A stretch of DNA of 63,291 bases, from assembly GCA_046482435.1 (NCBI GenBank), contig JAWOEZ010000023.1, positions 1 to 63,291 of the forward strand. Reading direction: 5' to 3'. Positions 53,281 to 61,653 of this stretch are shown piece after piece. How positions within the stretch are numbered: position 1 is the stretch's first letter; each line of letters starts with the position of its first letter. This stretch comes from Halanaerobiales bacterium. Its GTDB lineage: Bacteria; Bacillota; Halanaerobiia; Halanaerobiales; M55B127. The notes below the pieces were generated by a model. It worked only from the letters and a program-made list of their open reading frames with translations, made no database searches and was not told the DNA's origin. The position numbers were made by a program, and so were the translations under genes.

Positions 53281-53460
53281 CGTGGGCCAGCTTACTTTAC
53301 ATAATAAAGGATTCCCGTTATGCAAAAAACCGTGACTAATCTTCGAGACATACTCTCTGTCATAAAGTTTGTAATTACTTAGGTGAGTGTTTGGAAGCAA
53401 ACTTTGTGAAAGGCCTTGCGGCACTAGTAAGTCGGGAACCGTCGAGACGTTATTTGATAT
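53281..53460. repeat. post-ORF palindromic spacer, family 1 (element A)
   Basis: Starts 2 nt after the stop. Arms cataaagtttg (53361-53371) and caaactttgtg (53398-53408). Shares ctctgtcat..a..tttg with elements B and C. Ends with cgttatttga (53448-53457). Confidence 0.6.
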
Positions 53461-53511
53461 TTTACTGTAGAAGTTAAATGGAAAAAACTCCTGAAAATAT
53501 ATTTCAGAAGT

Positions 53512-53910
53512 TTAATCCGTCAATGGTGAGGTATTATGCTCTAACCATTTTACTAGTTGATTTTTATTTAATTTTTCTGCTGCAAGCTTAATCATTATTT
53601 TGTAAGTTTCTTTTTCTGAAGCAGTTATTTCAATACCATTTCTTTGCAGAAAAACATCCATAGCTACAAGAGCAATTCTTTTATTTCCATCTACAAAGGG
53701 ATGATTATTACACAGATGAAATCCATAAGCTGCAGCCATTTTAATTAGTGTATCATGCAAATATTTATCTTCGAAAGTGGTTTTAGGCAGTTTAAGTGCA
53801 GAATCAAGCAATTTTTTATCTCTAATTCCATACGTTCCACCATAAGTTTTGATTAGTTGGTTATGGAAAAATAAAATAATCTCTTTTGGAAGAAAGATTA
53901 TATTTTTCAA
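53512..53910 (-). CDS. doc: Doc (death-on-curing) Fic-fold toxin
   Basis: HPFVDGNKRIAL Doc-type motif, 132 aa. TTGA overlap with the upstream antitoxin gene. Confidence 0.9.
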   Translation of the reverse strand: MKNIIFLPKEIILFFHNQLIKTYGGTYGIRDKKLLDSALKLPKTTFEDKYLHDTLIKMAAAYGFHLCNNHPFVDGNKRIALVAMDVFLQRNGIEITASEKETYKIMIKLAAEKLNKNQLVKWLEHNTSPLTD

Positions 53911-54131
53911 TTTGATAATTCTTTCAAAGTATTTTTATATTTTTCATTTGTTTTATTAAATGACTTAGACCATTTTTCGAATTCGGGGTCATAAGGAGTT
54001 AATTTAAATCCGTCATTGTTTTCAATGACATGTAATTCTTCTCCTTCTTTTAGATTATATTTTTCCATAAGTTCTTTTGGTATTGTAAATCCGAAGCTAT
54101 TACCGACTTTACGGATTTTAATAGTTTTCAT
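53907..54131 (-). CDS. AbrB/MazE/SpoVT-type antitoxin
   Basis: IRKVGNSFGFTIPKELMEKYNLKEGEEL swapped-hairpin motif. ATG 54131 with GAGGTG 6 nt upstream (the track start GTG 54140 overlaps the RBS). Confidence 0.85.
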   Translation of the reverse strand: MKTIKIRKVGNSFGFTIPKELMEKYNLKEGEELHVIENNDGFKLTPYDPEFEKWSKSFNKTNEKYKNTLKELSN

Positions 54132-54216
54132 ATCAATCACCTCAATATTATTATAACATTTGTATTACATAATATGCAAGAAGAAAATAAAAGAAAAAAA
54201 CCACTTTTTAAGTAAG

Positions 54217-54369
54217 AGAGAAGACGGTACATAATACAGTGTTATCGTTACATCTGGAAACCAGCCTGCTTCGGATATCTTCTCTGTCATGACTTTTGCA
54301 TTTCTTTACAAAAGGCATGATAAAGAGCAAGTCAAGAATATTGGGGCCGTTATTTGAAATACGGTCAGC
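54217..54369. repeat. palindromic spacer, family 1 (element B)
   Basis: Arms tcatgacttttg (54287-54298) and caaaaggcatga (54309-54320), 11/12 paired. Outer agagaaga/tcttctct pair. Terminal ccgttatttgaaatacggtcagc (54347-54369). Confidence 0.6.
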
Positions 54370-54400
54370 ATTTTCATCTATGAAAGGGGTTTTAATATTA

Positions 54401-55330
54401 ATGAGTGCAGGTAGAAATGATCCTTGTCCTTGTGGTAGTGGTAAAAAATTTAAATATTGTTGTATAGATAAATTCAATTTTGAAAATAAGGAAAGAAAAG
54501 CTCATTGGTTTAAAAAAGAGATTGAGAACTATTCTATTGCAGAAATTATATTTAAACTGAGATATTTTGGTGTTGATGTTACTTATGATTCTTTTAAGGA
54601 AGAAATTAAATATTTTTATTCCGCTCAAGATTTATCTGAATATTGGTTTGATAAATATAATGTTAGTGCTACTGGTTTTGATGAAGATTTTATTTGGTTG
54701 GCAGCCTGGGTTCTTTGGGAAAGGATTCCAACTAAGATAATGTGTGATGAAGAGATAAGTAATATGATTAATAAAGGATATGATTTATCATCAGATGACA
54801 AATTATTTGATTGTTGTGATATATGGTTAAAAGCATGGAACGAGTTAAAAGCTCATTTTAAAGATGATAATATTAATTCTTTAAAAAAAGCGGATGAAAT
54901 TAATAAAGGAGACCAATATTTAAGCAATTGGTATCAATATTTAGATATGTATTTATCAAATGCTGGAATTAGAAATAAAGAATATTTTAAAAAGCGGATT
55001 AAATTTGTAAAAGATTTTCTTAATCTATTACCCGAAACAGAGGAAAAAAGAATAAAGGATATGCTAATAGCAGAAGCCGAGTCATATTTTGCAATAAAAA
55101 AGCTACAAAAAGGAGAAAAAAAGTTTAAAAATATAATAAGCAAATATCCAAATTGGGTATGGGGATATATAGGTTGGGGTGACATGTATGGACCATTTCG
55201 AATAAATAAAAATTTATCATCTGATTATAAAAAGGCAAAAAATATTTATGAAATGGCTTTTGATACAGATATAGATGATAAAGAAGAATTAGAGATATTA
55301 AATGAAAGGATAAATAGGCTTAAAAAGTAA
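54401..55330 (+). CDS. SEC-C motif domain protein
   Basis: MSAGRNDPCPCGSGKKFKYCC at the N-terminus. GAAAGGGG upstream of ATG 54401. The track ORF start 54296 runs through the spacer element. Confidence 0.8.
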   Translation: MSAGRNDPCPCGSGKKFKYCCIDKFNFENKERKAHWFKKEIENYSIAEIIFKLRYFGVDVTYDSFKEEIKYFYSAQDLSEYWFDKYNVSATGFDEDFIWLAAWVLWERIPTKIMCDEEISNMINKGYDLSSDDKLFDCCDIWLKAWNELKAHFKDDNINSLKKADEINKGDQYLSNWYQYLDMYLSNAGIRNKEYFKKRIKFVKDFLNLLPETEEKRIKDMLIAEAESYFAIKKLQKGEKKFKNIISKYPNWVWGYIGWGDMYGPFRINKNLSSDYKKAKNIYEMAFDTDIDDKEELEILNERINRLKK

Positions 55331-55470
55331 GCTGACCGTACGTTAGATGACATAGGATTGTCGTCATGACTTCTGTAATAAAGTTTGCAGGCAAACCAAT
55401 TATAGATATGGAAACGCAAGTTTTACGCCAGTTCCTGCGGAAACAAGCACGAGCGTGAATCCTGAGGATC
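55331..55470. repeat. post-ORF palindromic spacer, family 1 (element C)
   Basis: Begins at the first nt after the stop with gctgaccgta, the inverse of tacggtcagc at 54360-54369. Then cgttagatga, gtcgtcatgacttctgtaataaagtttgc, and gcaaac. Confidence 0.6.
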
Positions 55471-55514
55471 TTATATGAAATTAGTCCTTATTTAAATCCT
55501 CTTTAAAGAAAGGA

Positions 55515-56393
55515 ATGATTATGTTTTTAGAAGATATTTTAAAAAAGAAATTAGAAAATCGATGTAAAAACAATTTGAATAATTACGTTCAGTTGGTGGC
55601 TAATTGGTTTGCTTATGTAATCTTAAATAATAATAAACATGAAATAGATCATAGTCTTGATCCTCCTTGGGATAATTCAGGAATGATTACAGATATTGAC
55701 GAACAATTTGATTTAAATGATTATGCCACCTTTAATGATTTTATTGAAAGAGAATATACTGGTGAAAGTAATGCGAGTTATGTAAGTGGACACGGCATGT
55801 ATCATTATACTTATGAAGAACCATTTGAACAAATAACTCTAGAATGGTTAACCTCACAACTTTATTTAGTAATTAAAAGTTTAATTGAAAAAGAAAATAA
55901 GTATTTGGAAGAATGGGTTGAAAACAAAAATATTTCATTTAATATTAAAGCAGCTGATGACATAACAGATATTATTTTATTTGAAGATGTTGTTGGAGAC
56001 TTTTTTTATAGTTATGTTTGGGAAATAAAAGATAATGTATTAAATACACATCCTATTATTTTATTTAGCCGGGGGAAAGAAGAAGCAATAAATAAAATTA
56101 GAAAAGAAGAAATAAAACAGAAGGAGAGCCAAAAAGAGTTTCAAAAGAATAGAAAAAAAGCTGAATTTATATGGGAAAAGATTTTAAAAATGTATAAAAT
56201 AAAATATGGACATGAAATACCAAATAAAATTGAAAAGCCCTTATATGATAAGAAAGTAAAACAATTATTTATTGAATTATATAAAAATGGGGTTAATATT
56301 GAAGAAATTCAGAGTATAGGTAAGTTTTTAAGTTTTAGGTTTTCAAATTCCGTGAGTACATTAATCTCAAATTTCAATACACTTGAAGAGTGA
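55515..56393 (+). CDS. hypothetical protein (292 aa)
   Basis: Long ORF with an AAAGG RBS. No recognisable motif. Lys/Glu-rich helix near residue 200. Confidence 0.6.
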   Translation: MIMFLEDILKKKLENRCKNNLNNYVQLVANWFAYVILNNNKHEIDHSLDPPWDNSGMITDIDEQFDLNDYATFNDFIEREYTGESNASYVSGHGMYHYTYEEPFEQITLEWLTSQLYLVIKSLIEKENKYLEEWVENKNISFNIKAADDITDIILFEDVVGDFFYSYVWEIKDNVLNTHPIILFSRGKEEAINKIRKEEIKQKESQKEFQKNRKKAEFIWEKILKMYKIKYGHEIPNKIEKPLYDKKVKQLFIELYKNGVNIEEIQSIGKFLSFRFSNSVSTLISNFNTLEE

Positions 56394-56487
56394 AAAATGG
56401 GCTAATTTCATATAAAAGCAAGGTTTCAGTTTTCACTCCCTGTGGTCGCTTTATACAACATACTTAGTTTAAAAGGAGCTGAAGAAA

Positions 56488-57330
56488 GTGAGAAGACCAA
56501 AAGGTATTATGTTGATAGTTATATGTTTGTTTATTTTTTGGTCTGCTAGTATTATTGCTGAAAGTAAAATTATAAATAATAATACAATAGTATTTAAAAA
56601 TGTTAATATTATTCCTATGAATAAAAAAGGAATATTAAAAAATCGTTCAGTTATAATAAAAGATGAGATAATACAAAAAATTACTAGTAAGGGAAATTTA
56701 AATATTAATAAAGAAGCATATGTTATAGATGCTACTGGTAAGTATTTAATGCCTGGGTTATCAGATATGCATGTGCATATTAGAAACAAATCAGATTTAA
56801 AATTATTTTTAGCAAATGGAATTACAACTGTAAGGAATATGGCAGGACACAAAACACATTTAATATATAAAAAGAAAATAAATAATGGTGAAATTATAGG
56901 TCCAAATATTATTACTACTACTCCATTACTAGATGGTAATCCTCCTATTTATCCTCACGCAGATGTTTTATCAAATACTAAAGTAGCAAGAGAAACTGTG
57001 AGGGAATATAAAGAAAAGGGATATGACTATATTAAGGTATATGAAAAATTAAACAAAGAAGTTTATGATGCAATTATTGAAGAGGCTAAAAGACAAAATA
57101 TAGAAGTAGTTGGCCATGTACCAGACAAAGTTGGAATTAGAAATGTAATTTCATCAGGTCAAGTTTCAATAGAAGTTGGAAAGAAAACAGATATTGTTTT
57201 ATTAAACAAAAATCCTTTAAAAGATATAAAAAATACCAAAAGTATTGAGGGAGTATTAATAAGAGGAAAATGGTTGAATAAATCTTTTATTCAACATATG
57301 TTAGAAGAGATACCGCAAGACTGGTGGTAA
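56488..57330 (+). CDS. amidohydrolase-family protein carrying an apparent in-frame internal deletion
   Basis: Signal/TM, then LMPGLSDMHVHI metal motif...VVGHVPD...GQVSIE, joined directly to the C-terminal VGKKTDIVLLNKNPL motif. 280 aa, whereas such enzymes are typically about 400+ aa. Confidence 0.65.
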   Translation: MRRPKGIMLIVICLFIFWSASIIAESKIINNNTIVFKNVNIIPMNKKGILKNRSVIIKDEIIQKITSKGNLNINKEAYVIDATGKYLMPGLSDMHVHIRNKSDLKLFLANGITTVRNMAGHKTHLIYKKKINNGEIIGPNIITTTPLLDGNPPIYPHADVLSNTKVARETVREYKEKGYDYIKVYEKLNKEVYDAIIEEAKRQNIEVVGHVPDKVGIRNVISSGQVSIEVGKKTDIVLLNKNPLKDIKNTKSIEGVLIRGKWLNKSFIQHMLEEIPQDWW

Positions 57331-57440
57331 TATTGTCTAGGACGTCGTATAAAATAGGATTTTCGTTACGCTTAAGTTCGATCACTTTATTGGAAAGTAA
57401 CGTCGAAAATTCTAGAAACGTTTTTAGACATCCTAATATT
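57329..57440. repeat. post-ORF palindromic spacer, family 2
   Basis: Overlaps the stop codon. Paired segments: aatatt/aatatt, gtcta/tagac, acgt/acgt, attttc+gttac with gtaac+(gtc bulge)+gaaaat. Shares gtcgtataaaat and tttattggaaagtaac with the 58064-58179 element. Confidence 0.65.
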
Positions 57441-57486
57441 ATGTTTTTAATATAATTTTCATAAAAAAATGATAAGAGGGAATATA

Positions 57487-57954
57487 ATGGAGTATATTAA
57501 ATTCATCTTGTTTTTTATTTTGGCACATTCGGTTTCATACACAATAGCAGGTGCCATAGCCTTATCTATTAGTAAAGATATTTATGAAAGTAAAAGTAGG
57601 CATTGTGATTTTTTACGGGATATGTCAGATGAAGAAGAAAGCAAGTATGTTTCTATTTATTTTATACCTGCTCAAATTTTAAGAGGAGCATTAATGGCAA
57701 TGGTACTTTTCCCACTATTAAGTTCTATAGCAGCCCTTTCTTTTGGGATAAGTATTATTTTTTTTGGTAGTTTAATGTTTGTTTATACACATATAGCCGC
57801 TGCATCACCTTTTATTGATAATATTGAGGGCTATGTTTATTTTAAAAAGAATTATTTAATGAAAAAATATTTTATAAAATTCCAGTTAGAAATGGTTTTA
57901 TATAGTATTTTATTTGGTTTGTTTATGACTGTTCTTATGGGTTTTGTTTTCTAA
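57487..57954 (+). CDS. small integral membrane protein (4 TM)
   Basis: 155 aa from ATG 57487 (AGAGGG upstream). Four hydrophobic spans. No family recognised. Confidence 0.6.
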   Translation: MEYIKFILFFILAHSVSYTIAGAIALSISKDIYESKSRHCDFLRDMSDEEESKYVSIYFIPAQILRGALMAMVLFPLLSSIAALSFGISIIFFGSLMFVYTHIAAASPFIDNIEGYVYFKKNYLMKKYFIKFQLEMVLYSILFGLFMTVLMGFVF

Positions 57955-58063
57955 AAATAGTTTTTTGTATATTATAAAAATAGCTCTTAATTTTTAGATA
58001 ACTCATATTTTAAATTTATTTTCTAAAACATTATGTTCCATAATATTATGTTTTGAAAATGAC

Positions 58064-58179
58064 ACATGTCGTATAAAATTAGCTTAGCGACATATGAGTT
58101 TTACTAGAATGTTAGAAATGACTTACATCAGGTATTTACGAATAAGATTGATTTTATTGGAAGTAAACCCAGATGTCGC
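58064..58179. repeat. palindromic spacer, family 2
   Basis: Arms gcgacatatgagttttact (58087-58105) and agtaaacccagatgtcgc (58162-58179). A small hairpin atgtcg/cgacat lies upstream. Confidence 0.65.
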
Positions 58180-58210
58180 CAAGTGCAAGGACTTTACAAG
58201 ATATGATTCT

Positions 58211-58316
58211 ATAAACATGTTCATTAGATGGATGAATGAATATATTTATGGTAAAATGAATAGATTTATGGTATAATAAACATAGTCATAAACAAAGCAA
58301 ATGAATATGTTTATAG
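58211..58316 (+). promoter_or_regulatory. putative fic promoter flanked by four copies of a 15-16-nt motif ATGAATAKRTTTATRG
   Basis: Direct copies at 58236-58251, 58256-58271 and 58301-58316, plus an inverted copy at 58211-58225. Extended -10 TGGTATAAT at 58269-58277. Confidence 0.5.
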
Positions 58317-58332
58317 AGGAGTGAATACATTT

Positions 58333-59379
58333 ATGATGTCATTTAGAGATGAGAAACTTAAGACTGTAGCGATTCCTATGAATATAGTCAAACTAATTGG
58401 TAAGATAAATGAATATAAGGGAAAACAAAACTTATATTTAGACCAAGCACCACAGGTATTAGAGAAGTTAAAAGAAGCAGCGATTGTTCAAAGTACCAAA
58501 TCTTCTAATAGTATTGAGGGGATTGTTATTACTGATAAGCGATTAAAAGAAATAATGAAAGATGATACTATGCCTAATGATCGTTCTGAAGGTGAGATTG
58601 CAGGATATAGAGATGTATTAAATAGTATTCATACTTCTTATGATGCTATCCCTATAAATACAAGTATAATTTTACAATTTCATAAAAATTTATATAAGTT
58701 TGTTTCAGCTGAGGGTGGGAAATGGAAAAATCAAGATAATGTGATTGAAGAGATATTACCTAATGGTGAAAGATATGTTAGATTTAGGCCTTTATCTGCA
58801 GCTGAAACTCCAAGAGCTATGGAAGAATTATGTGATTATTTAAACCGAGCGATGAAAGAAGAGAATATTGAACCACTAATATTAATAGGAGCTTTTGTTT
58901 TAGACTTTTTGAGCATTCATCCTTTTAATGATGGAAACGGACGAATGGCAAGGTTATTGACTTTATTATTATTATATAAATATAATTATAAGGTTGGGAG
59001 ATATATAAGTTTAGAAAAAATCATTGAAGAGAGCAAATCAAATTATTATGAAGTATTAAAGAAATCTTCAGTAGGTTGGCATGAAGGCCACCATAATCTT
59101 TTTATTTGGTTAGATTATTTTTTAGGTACTATATTAGCCGCATATAAAGAATTTGAAGATAGAGTAGGATTAGTTAGAAACAAAAGAGGCAATAAAAGTT
59201 ATAGGGTTGAACAAGCTATAAAAAGCACATTAGGAACTTTTGAGAAGGAAGATATTAGAAATACATGTCCGGACGTTTCAGAATCTACAATTAATAGAGT
59301 TTTTAAAAAGTTAAAAGAAGAAGGAGTAATTGAGTTATTAGGTAAAGGTCGTAATGCAAAGTGGAAAAGATTAGAATAA
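58333..59379 (+). CDS. Fic family protein (Fic_N + Fic + C-terminal wHTH)
   Basis: HPFNDGNGRMARLL active-site motif. N-terminal SNSIEG fits the inhibitory (S/T)xxxE(G/N) helix. The track start is GTG 58321; the first in-frame ATG is 58333. Confidence 0.9.
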   Translation: MMSFRDEKLKTVAIPMNIVKLIGKINEYKGKQNLYLDQAPQVLEKLKEAAIVQSTKSSNSIEGIVITDKRLKEIMKDDTMPNDRSEGEIAGYRDVLNSIHTSYDAIPINTSIILQFHKNLYKFVSAEGGKWKNQDNVIEEILPNGERYVRFRPLSAAETPRAMEELCDYLNRAMKEENIEPLILIGAFVLDFLSIHPFNDGNGRMARLLTLLLLYKYNYKVGRYISLEKIIEESKSNYYEVLKKSSVGWHEGHHNLFIWLDYFLGTILAAYKEFEDRVGLVRNKRGNKSYRVEQAIKSTLGTFEKEDIRNTCPDVSESTINRVFKKLKEEGVIELLGKGRNAKWKRLE

Positions 59380-59380
59380 A

Positions 59381-59532
59381 GTTGAGGTACTTCGTCTAAT
59401 ACGACTTTAGCGACATCTAAGTTGTTGTAAGAAGCTGCCGAGAAGACTTATATTAACTGTATTATTTTCAAGGAAAAGATCTGTTTAATCAGAGTAAGCT
59501 CAGAAGTTGCTAAGTCCAGGGAGGTTAGCCAA
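59381..59532. repeat. post-ORF palindromic spacer, family 2
   Basis: Starts 2 nt after the stop with GTTGAGG and ends with AGCCAAC. Inner arms gactttagcgacatctaag (59403-59421) and ctcagaagttgctaagtc (59499-59516), about 15/18 paired with one bulge. Confidence 0.65.
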
Positions 59533-59567
59533 CAGGAACATATGAATTTTTGCTTAGGGGGAAAGAT

Positions 59568-60341
59568 ATGATTACTGATGCACATATGCATATTATATTT
59601 GATAAAGACAAGCATGGTAATTCAGAAGAGAATTTTTTTACCTTTGTTGAAAGTGTGATTCAAAAAATGAAAAACAATTCTATTTCTAGCGGTATTTTAG
59701 CCCAAGGAGTTCCTTTGAATTTATTAGATAAAACATTAAAAAGATATCCTAATTGGTTTAAAGGTTTATTACCGATAGGTAATGATTTAGAGTTAAATAA
59801 AAAGAACATTGAAAAGTTTTCAAAAAACCCAAATATCGTTGGGGTAAAAATATATCCAAATGTATTTAAAGATAGTGAAATCATAAAAAATATACAACCA
59901 ATAAAAAAGGATATTGAAAATAATAATTGGATAGTTCAAATTCATTCAAATCCTGTAGTTAAATCTGATATAGGAATACCTTTAGAAATAGTAGAACTAG
60001 CCACCAAAACCAATTTGCCAATAGTTATGGTTCATAGTGGTGGCCATCAATTTCAACAATTAAGCAGTTGGATTAATCATACTCCAGAAAATTTGTATTT
60101 TGATACATCGGCTATTCAAAATATATTTGAAGACAGCCCATATTTACCGCATTTAAAATGGTTTTTAAAGAAGATACCTGAAGGACGTTTGTTTTGGGGA
60201 AGTGATTTTCCTGATTATTCATTTGAAAAAGCACTAAATTCTTTTGAAAAAATAGAACTTGATGAGAATCTAAAGAATAATATTTTAGACTTTTTAAAGA
60301 AAAATACAGATACCAATGTGGAATTATTAATGAATAATTAA
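59568..60341 (+). CDS. TIM-barrel metal-dependent hydrolase (Amidohydro_2-like)
   Basis: MITDAHMHII start (HxH), VMVHSGG and GSDFPD. AGGGGG precedes ATG 59568. Confidence 0.8.
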   Translation: MITDAHMHIIFDKDKHGNSEENFFTFVESVIQKMKNNSISSGILAQGVPLNLLDKTLKRYPNWFKGLLPIGNDLELNKKNIEKFSKNPNIVGVKIYPNVFKDSEIIKNIQPIKKDIENNNWIVQIHSNPVVKSDIGIPLEIVELATKTNLPIVMVHSGGHQFQQLSSWINHTPENLYFDTSAIQNIFEDSPYLPHLKWFLKKIPEGRLFWGSDFPDYSFEKALNSFEKIELDENLKNNILDFLKKNTDTNVELLMNN

Positions 60342-60511
60342 TACACCAATTTTGTCTAAATTAGTATTTATGTTATGTCTAAAATATAGTTTACATATGG
60401 ACATAGCCATTGTCAGCTAGCAAGTAAGGAGTTATTGTTGCTTCCTTTATTGCAATGGCAATGTTGTATATACCAACAATATTATTAAACAATAGAATTG
60501 AGGGGTATATC

Positions 60512-61468
60512 TTGAGTATTAAATTCATTTTTGATCAAGTAGAAAATGCATTATATATTTTAGCAAAACAAAATAAAAACAAAACAATAAACAAGTCTGT
60601 TTGGGATAACTTATTTTCAAGTGAAGGGTATCAACTGTTAGTAAAAAGAGAGAAGGATATGGGAAATGAATTAAGTAAAAAAGATTTTAAATCATTCTTA
60701 CTTGATGAAAGACAGTTAAGTAATTATGAAAACTATATGAATACTTTGAAACTGTTGAAAGACCTTGAATTAGAGCAATTATTATCAAAAACAAAAAAGT
60801 ATCTTCCTAAAAAAGCTAAAATAAATACAACAATAATCCCAGTAATAAAACCACAAAATAATAGTTTTGTACATGAAATAAATGATAAATTAGTATTATT
60901 TATATATTTAGAACCCGGCATGTCTAGAGCTAAATTAGAAAATAAACTAATACACGAATTACACCATATTGGGTTTGATGATATATACAGTCCCGAAAAA
61001 TATAAATACTTATCACAACAGACTCAAAAAATGATTGAATGGACAAATGCATTTGGAGAAGGTTTTGCAATGTTAGCTGCAGCTGGAGGAGCAAATATTC
61101 ATCCCAATAAATTTGATGAAGGTTTAAAAGAGAAATGGGATTCTAATATTAAAAAGTTTAATAAAGATTTTGAATTGATAGAGAATTTCTTTGTAAAAAT
61201 TTTAAAAGATAAGTTTTCTAACGAAAAGGAATTATACAATAGGGGATATGAATTAATGGTTAACAATGGGGGCCAAGGTTCATGGTATACAGTCGGTTGG
61301 AAAATTGCAGTAGTTATTGAAAAAATAAAAGGAAAAGAAGTATTGTTTGGTTGTATGTCGGATTTAACTTATTTATATCCAAGATATAATGAAGCAGTAA
61401 AGGATTATAATAAAAAGTATAATGAAAATCTGAAAAGTTGGTCAGATAAAATAATAAATTCTTTTTAA
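60512..61468 (+). CDS. putative zinc-dependent peptidase (HExxH; DUF5700-like)
   Basis: LIHELHHIG motif. TTG 60512 follows GAGGGG; the track ATG 60455 lacks an RBS. Confidence 0.65.
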   Translation: MSIKFIFDQVENALYILAKQNKNKTINKSVWDNLFSSEGYQLLVKREKDMGNELSKKDFKSFLLDERQLSNYENYMNTLKLLKDLELEQLLSKTKKYLPKKAKINTTIIPVIKPQNNSFVHEINDKLVLFIYLEPGMSRAKLENKLIHELHHIGFDDIYSPEKYKYLSQQTQKMIEWTNAFGEGFAMLAAAGGANIHPNKFDEGLKEKWDSNIKKFNKDFELIENFFVKILKDKFSNEKELYNRGYELMVNNGGQGSWYTVGWKIAVVIEKIKGKEVLFGCMSDLTYLYPRYNEAVKDYNKKYNENLKSWSDKIINSF

Positions 61469-61653
61469 AAATGATATTGATTGAAAACATGGCATTTCCA
61501 AAAGGATTAAAGATCAGCTTACGTTTCGGGACAGTACTTTTTTACATGAATGGTGAAAGTAATATGAATACTAAAATCCTAACAATTTTTAAGGGGTAGG
61601 TGAGGATAATAGAGACTTTAGACAAAATCATTATAATATTTAAGGGTGATATA

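Noticed and set aside
56469-56852. 127-aa hydrophobic minus-strand ORF.
   Set aside because: It is antisense to the amidohydrolase N-terminus in very AT-rich DNA. The Phe/Ile/Leu richness is a compositional artefact.
58094-58276. 60-aa ORF upstream of fic.
   Set aside because: It spans the family-2 palindromic spacer and the iterated promoter repeats. It has no RBS and reads as a translation of repeats.
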